A stretch of 64,000 bases of DNA from Eledone cirrhosa. Lineage: Eukaryota. The position numbers were made by a program, and so were the translations under genes. The notes below the pieces were generated by a model. That model saw only the letters and a program-made list of their open reading frames with translations. It did no database searches and had not been told where the DNA came from. Positions within the stretch are counted from its first letter, which is position 1. The number at the start of each line of letters is the position of its first letter. Location of the stretch: positions 2,666,001 to 2,730,000 of the forward strand of contig OZ024761.1 of the NCBI GenBank assembly GCA_964016885.1, read 5' to 3'. Below are positions 12,507 through 23,334 of this stretch, piece by piece.

Positions 12507-12957
12507 ATCAGGTGAAGGTGCTGTGGGATTTTAGGATACAGACGGACAAAAAACTGGAACACAATAGACCTGACCTGGTGGTTGTGGACAAAGAAAAAAG
12601 ATCGTGTCTGATTGTGGATGTGGCCTGCCCGTTCGACACGAGAGTGCAAGAGAAGGAGAGGGAGAAAATTAACCGATACCAGGACCTAAAGTGGGAGGTG
12701 AAAAGGATTTGGAACTGCCATGAAGTCAAAGTGATCCCGATTGTCATAGGCGCACTGGGGACTATCTCCAAAAGTTTCCAGGGATGGTTAAAGAAAATCG
12801 GCCCCTTCACGCTTTTTGGAACGCTTCAAAAGGCATGCTTGCTTGGAACAGCAAGAACCCTCCGATACGTCTTGAATATCTGAGGCTGCAGGTAGTGGCT
12901 TGATATTCAATCCAACGGACTTTCCAGTTAACCAACATCAATGACTGAGATTCAAGG
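12507..12957 (+). mobile_element. 5'-truncated R4/Dong-like LINE copy (same family as 23335-26975)
   Basis: ORF KVLWDFRIQTDKKLEHNRPDLVVVDKEK..IVDVACPFD..PIVIGALG..LQKACLLGTAR; nearly identical to 26505-26960; (TAA)n on both sides. Confidence 0.93.
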
Positions 12958-12966
12958 AATAACAAC

Positions 12967-13001
<35 letters not shown>

Positions 13002-13357
13002 TTTCTTTATTAACCACAAGGGTTTACATAAAGTAGACATTAAGGACAGTGCAGGACAATACAGGACGGTACAAATGGGCATTTCTGCGTGTAAAAACAA
13101 AAACAGAGGATGTAACAAAAAATAACAATGAAAAATTCCCCAATAGGGGGGAGACTTCGGAGGGACATTTGTGGAGAAAGCCCAGTAAAAGGCCACAATG
13201 ACCCTGACCACCAAGGCAAGTGCCCTCTCCCAGTTTTCCACCTTTAATTTACAGATATATACTCAGAGTAGGCCCATTCACTCGGGCCATTCTTGCTTCT
13301 CTCACCCATCTTTCAACAAAATGCTGGGAAGAGAGCACTTCCCTCTCTACTCTGATT

Positions 13358-16300
13358 TTAGTTTTTCAAATGAAATTTGAAAAAGTTAATCAGGGCATCA
13401 CCGAAGAGGTAAGTGCTCGTCTTCAGCCCTTTCAAACGTGTCCACCATACTATCTCTTTCGCCATGGCCACCAGACAGATAAAAACTGCCTGCCCTTCCC
13501 GGCTAAAGGAGGAGGGCGGGGCAATCCTCACGATGGACTCAGATGATAGCCGGATCCGTCCTAAACGCGACAGCAGGTGTTCGACATAAACCCACAAGTC
13601 AGCAATTTTCGGACACTGGACGAGTGCGTGCAGGACGGTTTCGTCGCCCTGCGCGCATCTCAGACATGCCCGGCTGACGGCACCTCCATGCCTGTAGAGT
13701 TTATCCCGAACTGGCAAGGCTCCTCGGTAGCACTGCCAGGCCAGAGATTTCTGGAAGTTGTCCATAGGCCCTGGCCCGAAAGTTCTTCCGAAGAGATTGG
13801 CTAGTTGATTTTCGTCGACGCCTAGAGTTTCCCCAAGTACGTCGTCGCTCTTCCCCTCCACTAATCCTCTATAGAACGCCGAGGTGGAGTTTCCACCGAT
13901 CACATTGCCCGATTGGTCGAGGGCTGTGAGCGCCTGAAGACATTCCAGTCTCCAGGCGCTCCCTCTCGGTCTTCGCTTGACCCAGGACTGCAGCTCCGTC
14001 AAGGAAACGAGCTGGGGAAATACGTGTCTAGCAAACGGCGACCACACCTGATCACCATCGAGGAGAAGGTAGAGATGTCGTAGCCTGAGCGCGTGCCTGT
14101 GCATCATCAGCCACGGCATGCCCAGCCCTCCATGTAGCGGGTGTTGACAACAGATGGACCGCCTGACCATCGGAGCGCGTCCCTTCCACAAAAAGCGAAA
14201 GAGCAAACTCTCCAGCGCAGTCAGGCGAGGCTTAGGACAAGGTACGACGGTCAGGCGGGAGCAGATGACGGAAGCGATGTACGCGTTAGCCACCTCCGCT
14301 CGACCTTTCAGGGATAGCTTCCTCTCCGCCCATTTCTGGGTGAGAGAAGCCACCCTGCTCGTCACCTCGTCCCAGTTTTTGTCCGTCTGGAGGTCCGGAC
14401 CCAACCAGACCCCTAGCAATTTAACCGGTCCGTCCGTCCAGCGTCCGACGACGCTGTTAGACGGCATGGACCTGCCTCTCCAGGTGCCGAGCTGCAGGCC
14501 CACTGACTTTTCCTGGTTGATCATTGCTCCTGTCACCGCTTCGTATTCTCTTAGTGTAGTGCCGATCGCCTCGATGTGTTTGGCGTTCGACACCACTACG
14601 GTGACATCGTCCGCATATGCTGACACGGATCTTCCGCATCCTAGTTCGCGCGGGATGCCCCTCAACGTCTCCAGTTTGTGCAGTAATGGCTCGAGAGTCA
14701 ATACGTACAAGAGGGACGAGAGGGGACATCCTTGGCGGACCGAGCGCATGATGTTGAACGGTTCCGACAGGTGACCGTTCACTCTCACCACAGAGCAGAT
14801 GTCGCTGTGCATGGCAGCGATCCAGCCTCTGAAGACGGGCCCAAAGCCAGCCGCCCCCAGGACTGCCGCTAGGTAACGATGGTCGACCCTATCGAAAGCT
14901 TTCGACTGATCTAAATTGATCAAGGACCCACCCGTGCCAGGTTCCCTAGCTACCCTCTCTACGATGTATCGCACGAGGTGGAGGTTGTCGTGGATGGATC
15001 TGTCGGGAATGGCGCATGTCTGCGCCTCTCCCACCAGACCCCCAACGACAAGCGCCAACCTCTTTGCTAGCACCTTGGCCAAAATCTTGAACTCTGTGTT
15101 TAGCAGAGTTATGGGCTGGAAATTATCTATGTTATCCCCCTTGTTCGGATCCTTTCTCAGCAGTGCCACCGCTCCTCGGCTCACAGAACTGGGAATTCTC
15201 CCATTCTGTTGCCAGTTGCAGTAGACGTCCGCCAAGAGGCCTCCGAACAAGTCTGGCATCTGTACGTAAAGTTCATAGGGCAGACCATCCAAACCAGGCG
15301 ATTTACCCCTTGTGCAGCCAGTCATTGCCTCCCTTACTTCAGCGGCTGTTACCGGCTTTTCGCAACACTTCGCCTCAGTGGCCGAGAGCCGCGGCAGTCC
15401 GTCGAGGTAGACACTAAAGTCCATCCCTCGACCCGGCCCACCGCTGCCCCCGAACAGCTGAGCGAAGTGTCGCTGAAAAGCTTCACACATTTGCCTGGGA
15501 TCGAGTAGCATGCGCCCGTCGTGGTCCACCAAAGACCGGATCGTGGCTTTGTTGCCACGACGCGCCTCCGCCACTCGGGCCCATTGAACGGCTTTCGTCC
15601 CCTCGTGTCTGAGAGCACGCACGCTTGCTCTGACAACGCAGCCTTCGTGCTTTGCATTGAAGAATTGGTCAAGGGCCAATTTCGCCGCAAGCACGTCGGT
15701 CGCAATGCCTTTGCTAAGCGCCTCGTCTAATTTTCTAACTAGTTCTCCCTCTACTCTATTTTCCTCTATTGCTAAAGCCTTACTAAACCTAATCGATTCT
15801 ATTCTAATCGCTCTTTTCAGAGCAAACCACCACTTGTTGTTGACGATGGCCCCCGTCAACGCCCGCTTAACTAGTTCGCTAATCCGGTCTCTGTAGGCCT
15901 TGCGCGCTGGTAAGGACGCGTTTAGCTTCCAGTAACCGGGTCCTCGTCTATGAAGCCTATCTAAGTCAAGCACACAGATCACGAATTTGTGGTCCGTGTA
16001 GCTGACTATCTTGAATTGTGGACAGCCTATGCTAGACCTATCTATTTCCCTACAAAATACTCTATCTAGATATGATCTGGATGACCCCATGCGATTTGTC
16101 CAAGTCCACATTGGCACATTCGGAAAATCCAATCGGTACCTGTCAGACAGTTCAAAACGCCTGAGCAGGTTGGTGAGGCTCTTGCACCCTCCACCCCTAT
16201 CCGCTAATCCCACACAGTCCCAGCGTGCATCTAAGATCCCGTTCCAGTCGCCCACTAACACTAAAGAGCGGGACGTTCCAAGAAAGGTCTCCAGACGCCG

Positions 16301-16669
16301 GAAGAAATCAGGCCGCCCTGCTCCTGTCGGGGCATAGACGGCCACTAGCCTGAAAGCTTGCCCGTCTCCGCTGGTCACGTCCAGCACCACCAGCTTACCC
16401 TCTGGGTCCAGGAAGATGGCCCGTATGGCGAGATCCAAACCTCTCCGAAAAAGCACAGCAACTCCTCTACCCGATCCAGGACGGCTGGGAGATGCGTACA
16501 CATCGTAGCCGCCGAAGATCGATGCGAAGGCCCGTGCTTCGGAGAATCTGGTGTCGCTGATGGCCACTACATCTATGTTTAGTGACCTGAGGTCGTTGAG
16601 CAGGTGACCCGGCTTCCATGACGACCTCAAGCCACGCGCATTTATGCTGCCTATTCTGAGTGAGGTCAT
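13358..16669 (-). CDS. Tx1 ORF2: APE endonuclease + reverse transcriptase + C-terminal CCHC (one frameshift near the end; true stop likely 13249)
   Basis: GSINARGL, GDWN, YLDR, TDH, WKLN, KSPGLDGL, QPITLLN, DQSKAFD, SVRQGCPLS, YADD, CLRC..ETVLHALVQC. Confidence 0.93.
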   Translation of the reverse strand: MTSLRIGSINARGLRSSWKPGHLLNDLRSLNIDVVAISDTRFSEARAFASIFGGYDVYASPSRPGSGRGVAVLFRRGLDLAIRAIFLDPEGKLVVLDVTSGDGQAFRLVAVYAPTGAGRPDFFRRLETFLGTSRSLVLVGDWNGILDARWDCVGLADRGGGCKSLTNLLRRFELSDRYRLDFPNVPMWTWTNRMGSSRSYLDRVFCREIDRSSIGCPQFKIVSYTDHKFVICVLDLDRLHRRGPGYWKLNASLPARKAYRDRISELVKRALTGAIVNNKWWFALKRAIRIESIRFSKALAIEENRVEGELVRKLDEALSKGIATDVLAAKLALDQFFNAKHEGCVVRASVRALRHEGTKAVQWARVAEARRGNKATIRSLVDHDGRMLLDPRQMCEAFQRHFAQLFGGSGGPGRGMDFSVYLDGLPRLSATEAKCCEKPVTAAEVREAMTGCTRGKSPGLDGLPYELYVQMPDLFGGLLADVYCNWQQNGRIPSSVSRGAVALLRKDPNKGDNIDNFQPITLLNTEFKILAKVLAKRLALVVGGLVGEAQTCAIPDRSIHDNLHLVRYIVERVAREPGTGGSLINLDQSKAFDRVDHRYLAAVLGAAGFGPVFRGWIAAMHSDICSVVRVNGHLSEPFNIMRSVRQGCPLSSLLYVLTLEPLLHKLETLRGIPRELGCGRSVSAYADDVTVVVSNAKHIEAIGTTLREYEAVTGAMINQEKSVGLQLGTWRGRSMPSNSVVGRWTDGPVKLLGVWLGPDLQTDKNWDEVTSRVASLTQKWAERKLSLKGRAEVANAYIASVICSRLTVVPCPKPRLTALESLLFRFLWKGRAPMVRRSICCQHPLHGGLGMPWLMMHRHALRLRHLYLLLDGDQVWSPFARHVFPQLVSLTELQSWVKRRPRGSAWRLECLQALTALDQSGNVIGGNSTSAFYRGLVEGKSDDVLGETLGVDENQLANLFGRTFGPGPMDNFQKSLAWQCYRGALPVRDKLYRHGGAVSRACLRCAQGDETVLHALVQCPKIADLWVYVEHLLSRLGRIRLSSESIVRIAPPSSFSREGQAVFICLVAMAKEIVWWTRLKGLKTSTYLFGDALINFFKFHLKN

Positions 16670-16704
16670 GTTTAAAATAGAGTGGAAAAGATGGGAAAGA
16701 CCAC

Positions 16705-18807
16705 TTACCGTACTTTTCGTAGAGGAGGGATGGTTTTTACATCCCTTTTGACTTGATCGTCTGGTGAAGGGACCGTTGAATCGTCCCTTCGGCTGGTCGT
16801 CGGCTCTTCTATGAGTATGTCCGAATATACTCTTCGATTGATAGTTTCTCCTAGGTCCCTGAAATCACCAACTGCGTTGGGGAATTTCGTTTTAATGTTT
16901 GTGTATTGTTTCTGTGCTATTTTTAGCAGTCTTATGTTAGTTGGCGTTTTGATTGGTGCTGGTATTATGTAGTCGTGTTGTGAAATGTCTGTGTGTTCAA
17001 TTATGTAAGTCATTAGTTTCTTGTTGTGTGTATTTATTGCCGTGCATTTGTTTTTCTGGGGGTGGGGTGTGGTTCTGCTATTTTCTTGTCGTTGTTGCTG
17101 GGTGTGTGTGTTTTGTTGTTGTGTTTGCGATGTTGGTGCTTGTGGTGATGGTGTTGAAGTTGTTGTTGGCGGTGGGGTTGTCGCCGGTGGTGATGGTGGT
17201 GCTAGTGTGGGTGGTGATGGTGTTGGTGGTGTTGATGCTGTGAGTCTCTTTGCAGTAGACTTTACCCTTTTCTCATTTCTTTGCTCCCTTTTCAAAGGCG
17301 ACGATGCGCTGCTTCTGCGTTTGTGCCTTCTTACGACCTTTTGCCATCCCTATCCCACCTCACACTCCATGTCTGATTCTGTGAGGTCGGGGAGGGGTAC
17401 CAGCTCCACTCTTTCACTTCTTGTTGTTGGTGATGTTTGCACTGGAGTCTCTGTTGCAGCTGCATTTGGTATTGCTGTTGTTGTTGTTAATATTTACACT
17501 GCTGCTGCTGTTTTTGATTTCCGTGGCGTGGGTATGGGTGCCACAGACCTATCGTTCCTGGTTGCCGCTTGTCCTGTTTCTGGTAGCCGTGGAGCCGGTT
17601 TCGGAAGGAGGGGGGTTTTCTCCTTTCTCAGGGTCTTCTCGTTGCAGAAGGCCCTGAGGTGAGTCTTCGATCCACAGCGAAAGCATTTCGGGCGTTTGCC
17701 CTCAACACTTATGGGCAGTTGAGTGCCGTTATCGAAGTCTATCACATCCGGGATAGCTTCGATGCACTCCTGGTTGGTTTGGATTAGCATCTCAATGGAG
17801 GTGCCGACCCAATCTTCTCTTACTTTTTTCTGTACTTGCAGTACAGTTGTTTTGTCCTCGATTCCGACGAGGACAGACGCGGCCAGCCAAGAAGGGGCCA
17901 TCCCGGGGGGGACGTGGGTCAGTTTGACCCTCACAATTTTTTGCCCGCAGTAGGAGGGCACATACACCATTTCCTCGCTCCTTAGGGTCACTACGGATTG
18001 AGCCTTTGCCTCCTGGGGTGTGGCAAAAAGTACGTCTACGGTGGCATATTTTTGGCCTCGGGTGATGTGCGTTTTCCGCTGCCACACAGACCCCAAGGCT
18101 TTTTGTATTTGAGCCTCTGTGGCTCTTTCAACCCTACGGGATTTTGTACTTACTGTACGGTACGTGACCGTACAGTGCTGTTGGGTTTCGAAAAATGTTT
18201 CCGCTGCCTTGCAGATTGTTCGGTGTCCAGTCTTTGTCACCATCTTCTTCGCTTCCTCTAATTCCTCATTTGTTATGAGGATTGTTTCCAGGTTCTTCGC
18301 AATACCTGCAAACAAGATTGGTTTTTCTTTGCTGCTGTTGTTGTTGTTGTCGTCAGAGCTGCTGTTACTTTTGTTGTTGCTGCAGGTACTACGACTACTG
18401 CCTCCGCCGCTGTTGCTGTGGTTGTTGTTGGTGTTGCTGCTGCTAATGCTGTTGTTGTTTATGCTGCTGGTGATGCTGTTGCGGCTGCTACTGTTGTTTT
18501 CATTGTCACTGTTGCTGTTGTTATTACGGCTTCTACTGCTATTATTCCTGACGTCAGACGAATGAAATGGGTTTTCGTATTTCCCGCACACCTGTTTCGT
18601 CGTTGTCGTCGTCGTCGTGGAGAAATCTTGCACGCTTTGCACGAGACTTTTCTTTTCTGTCGTCGCTTGCGAAAGAGAAGGGAGGGAGAGAGACACATTT
18701 AAAGAAGGGATGGAGAGAGACAATCTTCTCTCTGCTGTAGTGATGATTGAGGAAGAAGAAAACAGAATGAGTGGGAGTGACCTATGAAAATTCTTTTTCG
18801 TAGCCAT
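16705..18807 (-). pseudogene. Tx1 ORF1 (gag-like, CCHC knuckle) with two in-frame stops (~17494, ~17351)
   Basis: CFRCGSKTHLRAFC; ORFs 17494-18843 and 16705-17295 are in the same frame and read through the two stops; ATG at 18807. Confidence 0.8.
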
Positions 18808-19050
18808 GTTGTTTTTTTTGTTTAAAATACATATTGGGCACAAAACCCCAATAAGCAGTTATTTAACCCCGAAGAGCCAAATAACGGGCAGAAAGACCCC
18901 TCTCACGAGGAGGAGGGTGTTTTTGTCTACAGGTTCGTTAAAGTTTTAAACAATTTACAATTGTTATAGCGTTCAAAATTTACAATACCTTACCGAGCCG
19001 AGCCTCCGTCAACCATAGCATTCAATAATAATAATAATAATAATAATAAT

Positions 19051-22000
19051 GATTTCATTTATTAGCCACCAGGGCCGACATGTAGGGGACAATACAAAGA
19101 CAGGGACAGTGGGGCTTTACAATAAGGTGGAGTAAAAGTGCACAATGGCAAGACTAATTTAACAATGAAAATATAAAAATATAAAATAAACTATGCATAA
19201 ATATAACAAAATAAATTCCCCGATAGGGGGTGTACGACCCTGGGATGCTTCAGGTACCCCACCAATCCTGAACCACCCTGCGCTTCTAGGGCACCCAGGG
19301 AGAGCCCCCCTCTCCTCAAGTTAGCTAGCCTATAGGCGCATGGTCAGAGTAGGCCCATTCACACGAGCCATTCTCGCCACATTCACCACCTTTTAGCAAA
19401 TGTACTGGGGGGGCAGCACTTCTCTCTCCACCCTCACCTTCCTTTCCAGGTGAAACTTGAAGAAGTTGATGAGGGATTGGCCGAAGAGAAAAGTGTCTGT
19501 CTTTAGTCCTTTCAACCTGGTCCACCATATAATCTCTTTCGCAACTGCCACCAGACAGAGGAAAATCTCCTGCTTTCCTGACCTAAGGAAGGCGGTGGAT
19601 CGATCTTCACTATGGACTCGACCGATAGCCGGATTCGTTCCACACGCGACAGTAGCTGTTCGACATAACTCCAAAAGTCAGTAATGCACGGACATTGGAC
19701 GGTTTCGTCGTTCTGTGCGCATCTTGGGCAGGTCCGTCTGACATCACTTCCGTGCCTGTAGAGTTTATCCCGAACCGGCAGTGCCCCCCAGTAGCACTGC
19801 CAAGCGAGGGATTTCTGGAAATTGTCCATCGTCCCCGGCTCAAAAGTCCTCCGGTACAGACTGGTCAGTTCGACTTCGTCGAGGCCCAAAGCTTCTCCGA
19901 GTGCGTCATCGTACTTGCCCACCACTAACCCTATAGAACTCGAGAGTGGAAGTTCCACTGATCGCATTGCCCGCTTGGTAGAGGGCAGTGAGTGCCTGGC
20001 AACATTCCAGGTGCCAGTCACCCAGTCTCGGTCTCTTCTTGACCCAGGACTGCAGCTCAGTCAAAGAAATGAGCTGCGGAAAGGCCCGTCTGATAAACGG
20101 CGACCATACCTGTTCACCGTTGAGGCAGAATATCTGGAGATGTCGCAGCCTCAACGCATGTCTGCGCATCATTAGCCACGGCATTAGCCACCTGGAGGTC
20201 TGGTCCGAACCAAACCCCGAGCAACTTTACCGGTCCGTCCGTCCAGCGCCCTACGACGCTGTTGGACGGCATGGGCTTGCCTCTCCAGGTTCCGAGCTGC
20301 AAGCCCACCGACTTTTCCGGGTTAAGTTTGGCTCCTGTAAACCTTTCATATTCCTTCAATAAGGTGCCGACCACCTCGATTTCTGAGGTGTTCGACACCA
20401 TCACGGTGATGTCGTCCGCATAAGCCGACACCGCCTTTCCACGTCCCGGTTCGAGCGGGATGCCCTGCAACAGCTCCAGCTTCCGCAGTAAAGGCTCGAG
20501 AGTCAATACGTACAGAAGGGAAGAAAGAGGGCACCCTTGACGGACCGATCGGGAGAGCCGAAATGGTTCCGAGAGGTGGCCATTAACCTTGACCACCGAG
20601 CATATGTCGCTGTGCATTGCAATGATCCAGCTTCTAAAGACAGGGCCGAAGCCAGCTGCTTTGAGGACAAACTCCAGATACCGATGGTCGACCCTATTGA
20701 ATGGTTTCGATTGATCTAAATTGATCAGTGCCCCACCGAAGCCAGGTTTACACCCTACCCTCTCTATGATGTATCACATGAGGTGGAGATTGTCGTGTAT
20801 GGACCTGGCTGGGATTGCGCAAGTTTGCGCCTCCCCAACCAAATCCTCGACGACAAGCGCCAATCTCTTTGCTAACACCTTGACCAAAATCTTAAACTCT
20901 GTGTTGAGGAGAGTTATGGGCCTGAAGTTGTCTAATGTATCCCTCTTGTTCTCGTCTTTCCTTATCAGCGTCACCACTCCCCTGCTCACAGAACTGGGAA
21001 TACTCCTATTATGCTGCCAGTTGCAGTAGAGTGCTCCGAGGAGTTTGGAGAACAAGTCTGGCATATTTACGTAAAGCTCGTAGGGCAGGCCATCCAAACC
21101 GGGTGACTTGCGCCTCATGCAGCCGACAAGGGCGTCCTGAATTTCGGCTGAAGTAATCGGCCTTTCGCAGCGCTCAGCGTCGACCGTCGAGATGCGCGGC
21201 AAGCCGTCAAGGTAGGGGCTGAAATCCGCTACTCTCTCTGACTCGCCACTCTCTCTGAACAACCGAGCAAAGTGCTGGTGAAAGGCCTCACACATCCGCT
21301 TGGAATCGCTTATCTCGTGTCCGTCTCGGTCCGCCAAAGTTCGAATTGTGGTTTTATTACCACGCTGCGCCTCCGCCACGCGGGCCCATCGAACAGCTTT
21401 AGTTCCCTCGTTCTCAGCGCACGCGCCTTAGCTCTGACAATGCAACCTTCGTGTTTGGCATTGAAGAAATGGTCTAATGCCATTCTCGCCGCTAGCACGT
21501 CAGTTGCGATGCCACTACAAATAGCCTCGTCTAACTTATCTACCAGCTCCCCCTCCTTTCTATTTTTCTCTAACGCTAGTTCTTTGCTGAACTCTATCGA
21601 AGTTACTCTAATATCTCTTTTGAGAGCCACCCACCATCTGTTGTTGATGATCCCCCCTGTCAACTTTTGCTTAACTAAATTGTTGACTCGGTCCCTGTAA
21701 GCCTTACGTGCCGGAAATGACATGTTCAGCTTCCAGTAACCCGGTCCTAACCTACTCGTTTTATTTAGGTCGACCGTACAGATCACAAATTTGTGATCTG
21801 AATAGGCGACCGTTTTAAAAAGTGGACAGCCCACACTATTTCTATCTATTTTCCTAATGAAGATCCTGTCTATATACGATCTAGATGACCCCATTCGGTT
21901 GGTCCATGTCCATACTGGCACGTTGGGGAAATCTAGTCGATACCTGTCAGACAGTTGGAACTGGCTGAGTAGGTGCTTGAGGCTTTTGCACCCCCCTCTC

Positions 22001-22750
22001 CTATCGGCTACTCCCACACAATCCCAGCGTGCGTCTAAGATGCCATTCCAGTCCCCCGCTAACAGTAAAGGGCGAGACGTACCCAGAAAGGTCTCCAGGC
22101 GCCTAAAGAAGTCAGGTCGTCCGGCCCCTGTAGGGGTGTAGACGGCCAGCAGTCTAAAGGCACCACCTTCGCTACTGCTCACATCCAAGACCACCAACTT
22201 ACCGTCCGGGTCCCGGAAGATCGACCTTACCTCGAGATCCAGTCCTTTCCTAAACAGCACTACCACCCCACTCCACATTCCCGGCCTGCTAACAGATGCG
22301 AAGACCTGATAGTCGTCGAAAATGTGGGCTAGTGCGCGCGTGTCGGAAATTCTGGTCTCGCTTACGGCAATCACATCCATTTCCAGCGACCGGAGGTCGT
22401 TGAGCAGGCGACCCTGCTTCCAGGGTGACCCCAGGCCGCGAACATTTAAACTTCCTACTCTTAATATGGCCATATTGGTAAGCTAAGAGAGAGAGAGGGA
22501 AGGTTTACTTACCTCCCGGGTCTTGTGAAGGTCGGGTGGTTCGACCTCCATGGTTGGTGGGGTTTCTTTTGGGAACCCCTTTAAAAGTCTTGATGTGGGT
22601 TTCACATTCGGGGTTCCCACGTCTTGAGGAAAGCTCTCTCGAATTTCTTTGAAGGAATTGAGTGACATTCGGACCAGAAGCAAATCTTCTGGCACGCAAA
22701 ATGTGCTCATTTCAAAAATCTCCCCCTCTGTTTGAATGTCCTCGCTTCGC
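19051..22750 (-). mobile_element. Second, diverged and decayed L1/Tx1 LINE (ORF2 frameshifted with internal deletion at ~20188; only ORF1 3' remnant)
   Basis: ORF pieces 21310-22473, 20774-21379, 20114-20617, 19906-20184 and 19393-20021 are collinear with ORF2 at 13358-16669; similar 3' terminus gatttc.tttatt..ccac. Confidence 0.92.
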
Positions 22751-23334
22751 TATGGAAAAAATGGCAAAATGACTAAATAGCTAAATAGCTAAAGATAATT
22801 TCACCACCAACACCACCACCACTACCACGCTAAAAACTCTGGTCAAGTCGCCTCAACCGCTATTTCTACTCCAACTTCAATACTATCACTACAGTACTAC
22901 GATCACATCACCACACCACTGCCTCATTATCGCTACAGCTGCTATTCTCTCCCACTGCCTCCTGCTAGGTACTACTAGCACAGCACCGCCACCACCACCA
23001 CCACCACCACTGCCTCATTATCACTACCGCCGCTATTCTCTCCCGCTACCCCCTGCTACATCGTAGTGTCCCCACTAAAAGAGGAAGGCATCAAAATATA
23101 TAAATAGACTGAATTGATGACCCGGTCAAAATCAAAAAACCAAAAATCAAAATCAAAGCAGCACAGCAACAACGAAAAACTTAAAGAAAAGAAAAATGAA
23201 GAAAAAAACAAACAGACGGACAGAGAAGGGAAAGGAAAAACTAAGTCAGACATTCAAACATTACATTACAATGAAACTTATGCTTATTCATTTTTGGGGT
23301 TTGTTTTGCCTGTTTGTTTGTTTGTTTATTTATG

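Larger units (their letters stand above)
13000..19023 (-). mobile_element. Full-length L1/Tx1-clade LINE in a (TAA)n tract
   Basis: ORF1 (CCHC) + ORF2 (APE-RT); minus-strand AATAAA then (ATT)n at 12960-13000; (AAT)9 at 19024-19050. Confidence 0.92.

Noticed and set aside
13577-22141. Antisense ORFs within the Tx1 elements
   Set aside because: Shadow ORFs of GC-rich coding sequence
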